A stretch of 64,000 nucleotides of DNA from positions 620,001-684,000 of the forward strand of contig LSRY02000017.1 in the NCBI GenBank assembly GCA_001643675.2, in the 5' to 3' direction. Every line of letters starts with the position of its first letter. Positions within the stretch are counted from its first letter, which is position 1. This DNA is from Monocercomonoides exilis PA203 (lineage: Eukaryota > Protista > Preaxostyla). The notes under the pieces were generated by a model that did no database searches, was not told the origin of the DNA, and saw only the letters and a list, made by a program, of their open reading frames with translations. Below, one piece after another: positions 38,590 to 50,349 of this stretch. The translations under genes and the position numbers were made by a program.

Positions 38590-41281
38590 TAAAAAAAAAA
38601 AAAAAAAAATTGAAATTGAGGTTAGTTAATACTCGAAATTGTTACATACTCAGCCAAATAATAACCGCACGAATGAAAATCTCTTCCAGGCCTATAATCT
38701 GACGGAGGTTTAAAGCTGGCATCTCCAAAGCCAAATGCTATTAATGTTAATGTTTTTTTTCATGTTTTTTTTTCATGTTTTTTTTTTCATGTTTTTTTTT
38801 ATGTGAATAATAAATTTGTCAATGAAATTTCTGTGAATAACAGAAAGAACACACTTGCTTGTTTTTGCGTCTGGCTAAATATAAACTCGCACACCCAGAC
38901 GCCTTCGTTGATCACTTTGTCAATAAGAATTGTGGTTGGGTTCGTTTTGATGGCTGTTACAACATTCTGCTTGATGTCGCATTTTATTCCACTGGGCGTC
39001 TTGAATGAAAGCTTCTTGACATCCACCTCTTTCGCTGTTACATTTAAATAAAAAATTAAAAACAAACAGAAAAAGAACAGAAAAGAAAATCAATAAATAT
39101 TGTTAAAACACATTTAATCACATCCAATACAAACAACAAAAATAAATAAATAAATAAATAAATAAATAAAATTCATACTTATATTATCAAAGTTCGCAAA
39201 GTGCTGCACAGGCGGCATCGTGCGTGCGCTCCTCATTGTCGACCCTTTCCTCTTCATCGACTTCTGCTGCGCAACCAGATCAATCGTCTCCGGTGCCAGC
39301 TCCACAATCAGCCTCTGCGACGAGTGCTTCGGAGGCGTCGGGGCTGGCGATGTAGACGAGACAGAGGCCGATCTGTTGAGCGTCCCCTTCCCACTGCCTG
39401 ACCCTCCTCCTCCTCCTCCCAATGCAGACATCGTGCTGGAGCGCGTAAGGGGAGAGTGCGAAATCGACCCTCTTTTGCCCTTTTCGTACCGCGGGGGTGA
39501 CGGCGACGCGGTCGAAGAGGCAGGCGAAGAGGCGCTGGGAAGAGCAGTGATACGCATCGTCGACCCGAACTCGAGGTCTGCCTCCTGCGATGCAGAGGAG
39601 CCTGACACAGAAGACGACCGCCCCAGCCCTGAAAAGCTTCCCCGCTGCGACGAAGACGACGAGGAAGAAGGAGCGCGGACTGTTTTGAACTGCGCTGCCC
39701 TGTATGCCTTGAGGTAGTCTTTGAACACGTCCCGCTCGTCGTCGGCGTCGCCGTGCTTCACCAGCGAGCCGAGCGTCACAGACGCCGGGGCAACCATCCT
39801 CCCTTTCGACATGACCATCTTCGACCGCAACAAATGCAGCAGACCTGCTGCCAGCTTGTTCAGCTGTGCTCTGTCCGCACGCTTCTTGCTGCGCAGCCAC
39901 GGATCAAACTCTTCGTCATCGTCGTCGTCTTCCTCCTCTTCCTCTTCCAGCTTCTTCTTGCTCGCATCGCCGTTCAATGAGCTATCGTCGGAGGAAGAAG
40001 ATGAGGAAGATAGATCCGAAGAAGACGAAGAATCATCATCATCCCCCTTCTTCTTCTTCTTCTTCTTTTCCTTTTTCTCTCGCTTCTTCTCTTTCTTCTT
40101 CTTCTTCTTCTCTTCCAGCATCGCCGCCCTCCTGCTCATTTCTCTGCCTCTCTTCGGTGTGGTCTTTTCAATCGCATACAGCAGCGCATTCAGCATCCGG
40201 TCGCGCAGACCGTTCACCTTCAGCCGCTTCTCCACTGTGTCGTAGTCACAGCACACCGCAGCTGTCAGAATCTCCACCACGCCAATCTGCACGTGCATCG
40301 GCCAGTTGTCGTTGTAGTAGTTCGACGAAGAGGCGCTCGACGAGTATTGCGTGGTGAACAGCACGAAGGGCTGGATGGACGGGTTCAGAATCAGCGGGAC
40401 ACGATCAACAAAGCCGCTCCGGCAGATGCAGTCACAGACATCTGTCGACGCTCCAATCGTGTACGTCGGACTGGCTGTTGAAAACGCGGAAAAGCCTGTT
40501 TTAGAAACAATGATTTCCGGTGGAGGTGCGACAGTTGCTGAATATGAAGTTTGCTTTATATGAGGTCGAAGAATGTGAGTTGGATGAACTTGAGCAGGCT
40601 CTTGCATTGTCGGAATCAAAGCCAATAAAGACATTTTAGCAGACGTAGAAATTGTTGGCTTTGATGATTCGAGAAGAGATAAAAGTGGCACAATTATTGT
40701 TGACACAGGAAAACCAATTGTTCCCATTTGCACGTGATTTGTTATCAAACGCATTAAATCTGAGCAAGATTCCTATAAATTAACAAAAAAGCACAATCAT
40801 AAAAAGAGTTAAAAAAACCAAAATTATTTTAGCGTTGGATACCTGAATCTCGTGTGGAGGTTGAGATTTCAAAACTTCAGAAATTGCAGTCAAGATCCCG
40901 GCATTGACCATCGATTGAATGCACTCTTTTTCTACAAATCAAAGCAAAATTATTAATAACATGGCATCAATCTATTTTAATAATCACAGCATACTACAAA
41001 GGGCGTAAATGCATAGAGATTGAAGTGTTTGCTTTCTATCCTCTTCTCGGGTTTGGAGTGAATTGATTAATAAAGGAATCTCATGGGGCTATGTTCATTG
41101 AAATAGTTTGTAAATAAAAGTCAAAAGGTTTTGTTTTGATATTTTTTACACATCCGATTTGAATAAAGATTTTTCAATAAATAATGCAAGAATAAAGAGA
41201 AAGAATCCAAACATCCAGTTTATAATATACTGAAAGCGAGCTGTCATTGACGATTGATTCGTCCTCGACAGTTTCTTCCAT
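37787..41281 (-). CDS. Multi-exon hypothetical protein: helical/ARM-like N-terminus, Lys/Ser/Asp low-complexity middle, SPRY/B30.2-like beta-rich C-terminus
   Basis: Putative ATG at 41281 (MEETVEDES...), short exons at ~41.0 and ~40.9 kb, and a large exon 40773..~39180. Later exons encode TILIDKVINEGVWVCEF, FGFGDASF..YRPG and WNDGDTVSIEVDMTVKPRVAHFFLNG..IPKEIKFM|ALLGIPGASFEV, with TAA at 37787. The domain call comes from motif resemblance only. Confidence 0.65.
37947..37995. repeat. (AAAT)n intronic microsatellite
   Basis: Visible tandem array. Similar arrays lie at ~39143-39168 and (TTTA)n at ~47365-47395. Confidence 0.9.
38387..38521. repeat. 9-bp tandem repeat (GAAGGAAAA)n, about 15 units, intronic; followed by (AAT)n and a poly-A run
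   Basis: Visible array lying between two exons of the minus-strand 37787..41281 gene. Confidence 0.92.
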
Positions 41282-41579
41282 TTTTTCAGAGCAAAATACT
41301 TATTTATCCCCATAAGTAATATTTTTTATCATCGAAACTTGAAAAATTGAATGTTGAAAGCCATACAATACATAAATGAATTCAAATAAACTCAAAAGAA
41401 AAAAAGAAAAGTGTTCCTTTTCAAAATTTAAAAAGTGATTTATGCAAAATCAACTTTTAGTATTTTAAAAATAAAATAAAAATAAAAAAAATTTATAATA
41501 AAAAATGATTAATTTAAAAATGAAATGAAAATTTAAAATGTAATGAAATGAAATTGAAAATAGAAAAGCGTTTACTCCA

Positions 41580-42600
41580 TCAAAAATCTGAATGCATTAA
41601 TGCACTCACTTTTTCTTCAATCTCATTTTTTTCTTCGCAATTCTCGTTTATTTTGCGTTTCTCTTTGTTCTCTTTAGTATCCGAATTGCTTCTCCTCAGT
41701 GGCAAAAGCGCAAGTTTCAGCATTTCCTGGTTCTGCGGCCCAGCCCCACTCTGCTGAGATGTGGAGGCGTCCTCTGGCTGGCTGCCGCAGCTGGCTGGCT
41801 CGTTATCACTTTCTGTGTTGGTGTTCTGCTGAGTGTCATCTGCATTCAGACCAGGAGGGGGCATAGCAGTCAAAGCAGACATAGAAGGCATTGAAGACAT
41901 AGAAGGCATTGTGGATGCAGAAGATGCAGAAGGTATAGGATTCATAGCATTCATAATATTCATCGACATTACAGAAGATATGGAAGCCCCAGAGGGAGTT
42001 AATGGAGAAGTGCCCGTAGAATCTGCAGCAGGCGTGGAAGGCATCGAAGGTATTGAAGGGAAAGCAGGCAAAACAGGTGACCCCTGGAAGGGCTCAGAGC
42101 AATTGTAGGACAGAGCACCGATGTGTGATAAAGGGGAAACAATGTCAGAAGCACCCAAAAACAAAGAAGAAGGCTGGAATGTGGCAAAGGAAGGGATTTG
42201 GCTGGGGAAGCGGGATGGGTCGTGGACGGGATGGGGTTTTGTGGAGTCTTCTTCTTCTTCTTCTTCTTCTTCTTCTTTGTCATTATCATTTTTTCCTTCT
42301 TTTTCTTCTTCTCTTTCTTTTTCTTTTTCTTTTTCTTCTCTTTCTTCTCTTTCTTTCTCATTGGAGATTTGATGAGTGATGGGGATGTTAGGAATAGCAG
42401 AGATGGTTGACAGAAGAGGAGGAGAAGAAGAAGAAATAGAAGAAATAGAAGAAGAGGAGGAGGAGGAGGAAGAAGAGGAAGAAGAAGAGGAAGAAGAAGA
42501 GGGGATGGTGGATGTGATGGAGAGGAAGGGGGGAGAAGAAGAAAGAGGGCATGATATAAAAGAAGATGAAGAAGATGAAGATGAAGAAGAAGAAGAAGAA

Positions 42601-42633
<33 letters not shown>

Positions 42634-42891
42634 GGAAGAGGAGGAGGAGGAGAAAAGGAAGAGGAAGAGGAAGATGGAGGAGGAGAAGAAAAGGAGGAGG
42701 AAAAGGAAGAAGAAGAGGGAGAAGAAAAAGAAGAAGAAGAGGAAGAAGAAGAAGGAATAGAAGAAGAAGAAGAAGAAGAAGAAGAAAGAATTGGAGTAGA
42801 ATAAGTATCAGCTGAAATTGTTGAAGAAGAAGAAGAAAAATAAGTTGAAGAGGAAGAAGAGGAAGAAGAAGAAGGAGAAGAAGAAGGAGAA

Positions 42892-42922
<31 letters not shown>

Positions 42923-45900
42923 GAGAAGGAGAAGAAGAAGAAGAAGAATGAATTGGAGTAGAATAAGTAGAAGAAATATGAGTTGGGGTTGAGTAAGTTG
43001 AAAAAGAAGAAGAAGTGGAAGAAGACAATGACGGTGGTGGAGGAGAAGGAGATGAAGAAGATGATGGTGATGATGATGAATTAGATGATGATAAAGATGA
43101 AGAAGAAGATGATGAAAAAGATGAAGAAGAAGAAGAAGAAGAAGAAGAAGGCAACGCAGATGACAAAGACAAAGACAATGAAGCAGAAGATGGAACAAAC
43201 GCAGGGGCAGTTGCTGACAGCATTCGTGATATCGATGATGAATGCATATTGTAGATGGACTTGCCAAGAAGAGACGATGCGGAAGAGGAAACAGAGGAGG
43301 GGTTTACTTGTGAGGGTGATGAAGATATTGATGATGACGATGAAGACAATGAAAATGATGATGATGTTGATTTTGGTGATGATGATGATGACAATGATGA
43401 TGATGATGATGGTTGTGATGATGATGATGATGATGATGATGATAAGGAAGAAAGAGAAGAGAAAAATGAGAAAGAGGAAGAAGAATTAGTAGAAGATGAC
43501 GAAGAAGTAGAAGAAGAAGATGATGATGATGATGATGACGACGAAGATGAAGACAGTTGTGGAGGTGGAGGTGATTGAGACAACGACGAAGACACAGAAG
43601 ATGGCTCTTTCTTATCTCCCAGTGTGTTCACCGGAACTGGAGCTGGAATTTGAACTTGAACTGGCGACGGAGAATTGGATAATTTCTCCGAAGAAAGCTC
43701 AAATTTCTCCGAGGCATTAGAAGAAAGAGAAGATTCTGTGTTGAGTGTGGGGGAGTCCTGAGCTGCTGTCAGCGAAAAGCGAAGCGGCGAAGACTGAGCA
43801 GGAGCAGAAGAAGAGGAAGAGGAAGAGGCAGATGCTGATGCTGATGCTGATGCTGATGCTGAAGGGGAAGAATAAGAGGAAGAAGAGGAATAAGAAGAAG
43901 AAGAAGAAGAAGAAGCCCTTGTCAAAGACTCTTTAGCAACTGCTTTCTTTTCACTCTCCTTCTCCTTCTCATCTTCCTTCTTTCCCCCCCACACATCTTC
44001 CAAATCTTCCGAATAGAAGAAGAAGTCGTCATCCTTCTTATTCTGCAGCAGCAGCTGCTGCTGCTGGCGATACAGGCTTACTGACATCTCATCAAGTACT
44101 GGCGCTATATTCAATCCTATGCTCTGAACACGGCAGGCTCTTTTATAATGCTCTGGAACGTTGAAGATGTGCTCCCAGAAACAATCAATGTCGTCAAAGG
44201 GCATTCGGCAGTACGGACATCTGTATACATCGATAGAGGAATCAGAGGAAGAATAAGAATTGAAAGAAGAAGAGGAGGAAGAGGAGGGGGAAGAGAAGGA
44301 GGAGGAAGAAGAGGAAGAGGAAGAGGAAAGAGAGGAAGAATAAGAAGATGGAAAAGAAGAGGAAGAGGAAGAAGGAGAAGGAGAACGAGAACGAGAGGAA
44401 GAAGAAACTACCGTTGACACTGTTTTTGTTGTTGCTGCTGCTGCTGCTGCATCTTCTTTTTCTGATGTTGATGATGATGATGACGACGACGAAGACGATG
44501 CAGAAGCACTTGGCACTGCTGCCTCTGTCTTTGGCTGCATCTGCTGCTCTGCCTGTGGCTGTGGCTGAGATTGAGATTGAGACTGAAGCTGGAGCTGTGA
44601 CTGAGATTCTGGCTGGGATTGTGGCTGTGTCTGTGTCTGTGTCTGTGATGGTGATGATGATGATGATTGAGACTGAGATTGAGATTGAGATTGAGGCTGC
44701 AACTGTGTCTGTGTCTGCGTCTGTGTCTGATTCTGCATTTGGAATGGAGCATTCTCTGAGGGATTAGAAGATGTATTGTGATCGTCTTCTCCTTGTTGGT
44801 CGTGTGTGGCTGTGGTGAGACTGGCCTGTGTGATGATTCTTGGATAGGAGGGTGTGTTGGGAAACAGTGGCTGCTTGCGTGGATACGCATCAGAAGTGAA
44901 TCTGGAAGAGGAAGAGGAAGAAGAGGAGGAGGAAGGAGAGGAAGAGGAAGAAGGAGAAGGAGAAGAGGGAGAGTGAGTGGGAGAGGGAGAAGTGGAAGGG
45001 CTTGATAAAGGATTATTAGCAGCAAATGAAGAATTGGATGGAGGAGTGAACGGAGTAAATGTGGAATTAAATGAAGGTGAAGGAGAAGAAAGAGAAGAAG
45101 AAGGCGGGGGCGGTGTGAATGTTGGGATAATGCTCTTCAATGAAGAAGGAGAAGGAGAAGAAGCAGGCTGTAAAGAAGAAGGAGGTGGTGGTGGAATGGT
45201 AATAACAGCAGAAGAAGAAGGAAGAGGAGAAGGAGACGGAAACGGTGGCAGAGATGATGAGCTATTAGATGGAGACGCTGCTGGATGCACAGCAAATGAA
45301 GCTGTTAGATTATTCATATAGCTTGTTGGGTGTGATTGATCTTGGGGTGAAAGAGAATAAGAGGGAGAAGAAAGGGGAGAATAAGAGGGAGAATAAGAAG
45401 GAGAAGAAAAGGGGGAAGCAGAGGAGTTAGAAGGAGGGCATTTCCCTTCAGAAGTGGCAGCAGCAGCAACAGCAACAACAGCTGAAGAAGGAGAACGGCC
45501 AAAGCGCTCGTCTGGTGATGGCAGTGAATGAGGCGGAGGTGGAAGTATTACAAGGCTGGTGATTCTGTTCCCTTGTGGTTGGTTAACAGAGAATGACGGC
45601 TGGGTAGGCTGAGAGGGAAGCGGAGGGGGGAGCGAAGGGCGAATCGGAGGAGGAAGTTGAGGGGAAATTTGAGGAGGTGGAGAGAAGACCTGGAGGGAGT
45701 TGCTGCCTCCGCTGGCAACAGGAGAAGAAGCAGCAGTAGCAGCAGTAGTGGTGGTGGTTGTGGTGGTGGGAGTAGTGGAAAAATCGCTTTTCGATGCATC
45801 AGCAGAGAAGTCCCTCTTAGCGATTAACTCCAGATACGAAGGACTGAGTGTGGGGTTTTCGTTGATCAACTTAATTGCGTAATTCTTTGTTGTTTCGTCT

Positions 45901-46707
45901 GGTTCCTCAGTGGCAATAAGCTGCATGGGCTCAGCCAAAGGCGCAAGCAGTGAAGGGTCAATGTTCCGTTTGATAAGCGATTCTACGACACTCAACACGT
46001 TATTCAAACCAATCCCGGAATACGGATTGTTCTTTTGCCTTGCACGATGCAGAAGGCGGCGCAGGGAGCTCATCAAACCGCTTTCGAGGATCACTTCGGA
46101 AAATGCATTGTGAAACGGGGGGTAATCCAGAGATTTAAAGTCTTTTGAATCTTTATAATTATCAACAAATTCTTTGATTCTTTCAAAAGCTTGCTTAAAC
46201 AAGGCCAAATCCTTTTTTAGAAAAACTTCGATCAAGAAAGGTCAATTAACACTAATTACTGCAAACTTCAAGAATTTTCGCGCATGTCCGTAAATAAATG
46301 ATAGGAAACATGTAAAGAGGTTGATTCTTTTGATGTTCTGCATATATTATTTCACAAAAAGAAGAAAATGCAGCTTCCTATTATTTTTGTGAACCAAAAA
46401 ACGACAAACATATGGAAAATGTGAGGAAAAAGATTTTAGATAGACCTTTAAAGAAATCGATGAACTGTCTGAAATAATATTTTTAAAAATTTGTAAAAAT
46501 CCGCTTTCGAAAAACATATAAGGAGGAACTTTTAAAAAAATTGAAAATATTTTTGTGATTATAGATTAAATTCATTAATTCAATAAATAGTGACATACTC
46601 GTTGTTAAGCTTGAATGCACTTCACTCCAATTTTTTTTTAATTCTTCTTCATTTCCAGAAGAAAGCATATTTCTATAAAACTCTGAGAATATGGCCTTTG
46701 AAAGCAT
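41580..46707 (-). CDS. Very Ser-rich (>1,500 aa) protein with helical N-terminus, one C2H2-type zinc finger and a PAM2-like motif
   Basis: ORF 41580..46235, with the true exon probably starting at 46211 after ...aaaaAG. Upstream exons near 46250-46707 are uncertain. Motifs are YRCPYCRMPFDDIDCFWEHIFNVPEH and LSATAPAFVP, plus long poly-S, QT/QS/QP and SA repeats. Confidence 0.7.
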
Positions 46708-47984
46708 ATTTGAAATAAAAACTTTTCAAAACATCAACTCCATTCATACATAATCTTTACGTGAACACTTTTGTTTACCTAATTGATCGTTCATTATTTC
46801 AAAATCTTGAATTCAATAAATTATTAGAACTTTTGTTAAAAAACTGTGTAAAGCAATGAAATAGAGAAAGCCCGAAATACAACATTAAATGTTATTAAAT
46901 ATATGTGACAAACAAAATTCCTCCTTTTCAAATCAATAAGTGAAGGATCAAAAAAATGTCAAAATATATAAAGTTAGGGTGCTTATAAAAAAATCAGTAA
47001 ATTTCTTTTTTTGTTAAGAATAATATTCTGAAGCCATTAAATATGAACAATTTTTTCTTTGTGAATATAATTTTTTCTGTGAAATATTGTTTTCTTCCTT
47101 TCTTGAACACATAAATTAGTTTTTTGCAAATTCTTTATTATTATCGATTTTTTTCTTTTCTTCTTTCTTATTTTTGGCATATAGTCAGATTCAGAAGTAA
47201 AATATATATATATATATTGTTTCTGTTGTAAAATGTTTTGATTTGAAATACAGTCGAACAAAAATAATGATTGTTTTTTGTTTTTATGAAAATAAAGTGT
47301 ATCAAAAATGAGTAAAATGTTGATTTTTGAAAATAAATATCTTAATCATATTCTGATTTTTATTTTTATTTATTTATTTATTTATTTATTTATTTTTTGT
47401 TTGTTCGCTTGTTTGTTTGTTTTGTAAACTGTGGTGAAAATTCGTTAAAAAAGACTCCATTCGTTTCACTATTTGTTGGAAAAAAAAAATCATCAACCAA
47501 TAAAGTTAAAAATATAACTTCTGTTTCTGATTCATTTGATTCAATGTTGTTATTTCTTTCAGTTAGAATTAATAATGGTATGCTTTCACTAAATCTGAAA
47601 ACATTTTATTTTGGGATGAATGATTCTTTATTATTCAGACAGTTATCAACAAACTTATCACTAACTCTTTAAAAAAAAATAGAAATGGATTAATCACGAT
47701 CAAAATTACAATTATCGGTCGTGCAAACTTTAATGAGTGGGCATTTGAATTTGTATTTATTGTTCACTGATAAACAGAAATAATAAAGTTCAGATAAGCA
47801 ATCATAAGCACACTATTCCTTTTGAAAATGTTATTTATGTGTTTGATGTTTGCTTGGCTAATGGGAAGAACGATTTCTTTTTTTCTATTTTTAATCCAAA
47901 CAATAACGAATCTTCCTCAACATTTTTTTCTTTTCCACCAAATTTTTCCGAACAGTCATATTTAAAAATTTCCGCTGAACAAAT

Positions 47985-48250
47985 GGGGGAAAATACGGAC
48001 TTTCAAACTTTTTTTCACGAAGCACAAAAATTGCATCACTCATAACGATTTTTCACTTTCTCAGATTTTAAAATAAATTTGATTTACATATCTTTCAATA
48101 GGAATCGTTGAAATCAAAACACAAAGTTTTCCAACATTTCACGAATGTCGAAAAATGAAATCATTTTTAATGTGTTTTTTGATATAAAAAAAGTCAATGA
48201 AAAGTGCACAATTTTTTATTGAAAATGCCTGAAGAGAAATATTTTCCCCC
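47985..48250. mobile_element. Putative MITE (266 bp) with GGGGGAAAATA...TATTTTCCCCC termini, flanked by AAAT on both sides
   Basis: Perfect 11-bp terminal inverted repeat with weaker inverted similarity further in; AAAT at 47981-47984 and 48251-48254. Confidence 0.6.
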
Positions 48251-48794
48251 AAATGGATTTTTCTTTTTTAAAGAATATCCTCATCAATTTCTTCAATTTC
48301 TCATCCTCATCTAATTTATTGATAATTCTGGAGTGGTAAAAAAATTGAAGAAATAAAAAAAATATCGAGTGTTTCGAATAAGAAAGTTTGCAGAAGATTC
48401 CAAGCAATTTTTTGTTCGAGGAATTTTCATTTTCATTCAGAAATAAAGAATGCATCATTATTTGTTTATTGAAAAATTATTAAAGTTATATTTCTTGATT
48501 CAAAAAAATTGAATATTTTTATCAGATTAAAGCTTTCATCCAGCTAATTTTTCCACGATGCACATTTTCTCACATCAAACAGGTTTGAATTATCTGACTT
48601 GTTAAATAATAAAGTTGAATGAATAAATTCAATAAAATGATCATTATTTGTTCAACTTGATTAAACCCAGCTTTTTTTTTTATTTTGTGACTTTTCAAAA
48701 AGAATAACCTGCATGATATTAAAACTTTTTTTTGAAGACAGTAAAGGCAAAACAATAGAGATGCCCAATGACGTGTGTCCACTGTTTGAGACGA

Positions 48795-49019
48795 AAATCA
48801 TGATATTGTTTGAAGTGTTTAAATATTCTCATCAAAAATGGGATGGAATTTTTTTTGCTTTGTGAATTTTGTTCCACACAATGCTTTCAAATATTTTCCT
48901 CAACTTTTTAATATTTATACATTTTATTTTTCATGAGAATGCCAGAATAACAATTATTCGATGCAGAAATTGTGTGGAACAAATAATTGAATTTTTCATA
49001 AATGCAAGAATTCTGACCC
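48795..49019 (-). repeat. Long-TIR family A copy (right-end orientation)
   Basis: Its reverse complement aligns with 61911..~62130. The first 28 nt (GGGTCAGAATTCTTGCATTTATGAAAAA) are identical. It contains the internal inverted motif TTGTTCCACACAA / TTGTGTGGAACAA. Confidence 0.85.
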
Positions 49020-49288
49020 ACATCAGATTGTGCTTCAGATAACTGAACTCGGTTAAATATGACATCCTTGTTATTCCTTTCTCGACTAAGCTTTTATTTT
49101 TTCAATCCAAGGAAGCATGACGTTTTCGACATACTATTTTTTCAAATTCGTTATTCACAAAAAGAAAGATTTTCACACATATTTTCAATTCATTTTGTAG
49201 TCAAAATATTCCAATCCAGAATATTCAATAATAATTATTTGAAAATCATTTTTTTATTTTGTTATTCCCATTAACGAACATAATAAAT

Positions 49289-49496
49289 GGCTGATCCTTT
49301 TTGAAATCATATTTTCATTCGAGTTTTGATCAATATTATAATCTCAATGGGATTTTTTTTCAAATTGAACAAAACTGTTAATACACGTTATTTATGATGC
49401 AGTTATTGCAGAAACGAAAATTTTCACAAAAATCCCATTGAGATAAAAATTTTGATCAAAACTCGAACGAAAGTGTAATTTCAAAAAGGATCAGCC
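49289..49496. mobile_element. MITE / foldback element, 208 bp, ~70-bp imperfect TIRs, AAAT duplication
   Basis: Left arm GGCTGATCCTTTTTGAAAT..TTCGAGTTTTGATCAA..ATCTCAATGGGATTTTT is the reverse complement of the right arm ending ..ATTTCAAAAAGGATCAGCC. AAAT lies at 49285-49288 and 49497-49500, and a partial copy lies at 14873. Confidence 0.88.
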
Positions 49497-50174
49497 AAAT
49501 TTTAATGACAAATTGATCATTGTTTTTATAAAGGGAATAACCTATAAAGGAAAACAATATTCCAGCCTTGTGGATTACTTCACAGTTTTCAAGAAATCGA
49601 TTTATTGTTTTTAAAAGAGAAGTTCTTGAGTTGATGTTTTATAATTTCACTGGCATCAGAGATTAAAGACAGATAACATTTTAAATGTAATCTTTAATTG
49701 TTTTGGTGTTTAGCCTTTAGTATTTCAGTCAAAATTTAATATCAATACGATTTGATTGAATTGATGTGAAATCAAAATGAATCATATATATTAACTGAAG
49801 ATTTCAAAAAATAAGTCAATATTTGGTATTGATTTTGCATTTTGAACAAAGAGAATAAATCTCCATTTCTTCTGAAATTTTTTGAAATAAGTGCTATTTA
49901 TTCAATTTATCTGGAAATTCTTAAATATCGCACTTATACCACATACATACATTTTGATAACGAAAATGCTTCTATGTTAAAATAGTTTGTTTTTTTAAAA
50001 AAAAAATCAATAATTGAAACAAAATACATCAAAAATAAACTTAATAACACAAAAAGTGGAATCAAATATATTCAAAAAAATGAAGTTAGTAAGAAAAAGA
50101 AGAAAGAAAATTTCGAGACACTGCGGTATTGTCAAATAAAAATTCGTTTTTAACTCCAAATTTTTACAAAAATT

Positions 50175-50205
<31 letters not shown>

Positions 50206-50349
50206 CCACAAAAATGTGAAATATTAAGTACTGGAAAGTGAAAGTCAATGGCAAGAATAATAAATTTCATCAACAGTTAAAAAAATGAACAAAAATCATT
50301 AACTACATAAAAAAGTTGAAAAAAAATTAAAATTCATTCTGTTTTTGAA

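Noticed and set aside
38339-38702. EGK- or KKE-repeat ORFs; possible CRISPR-like array
   Set aside because: This is a perfect 9-bp intronic tandem repeat with no spacers, in a eukaryotic context with no cas genes.
42053-45321. Plus-strand poly-Glu/Asp/Lys/Met ORFs
   Set aside because: They are antisense or frame-shifted shadows of the poly-Ser triplet repeats and are repeatedly interrupted by stops.
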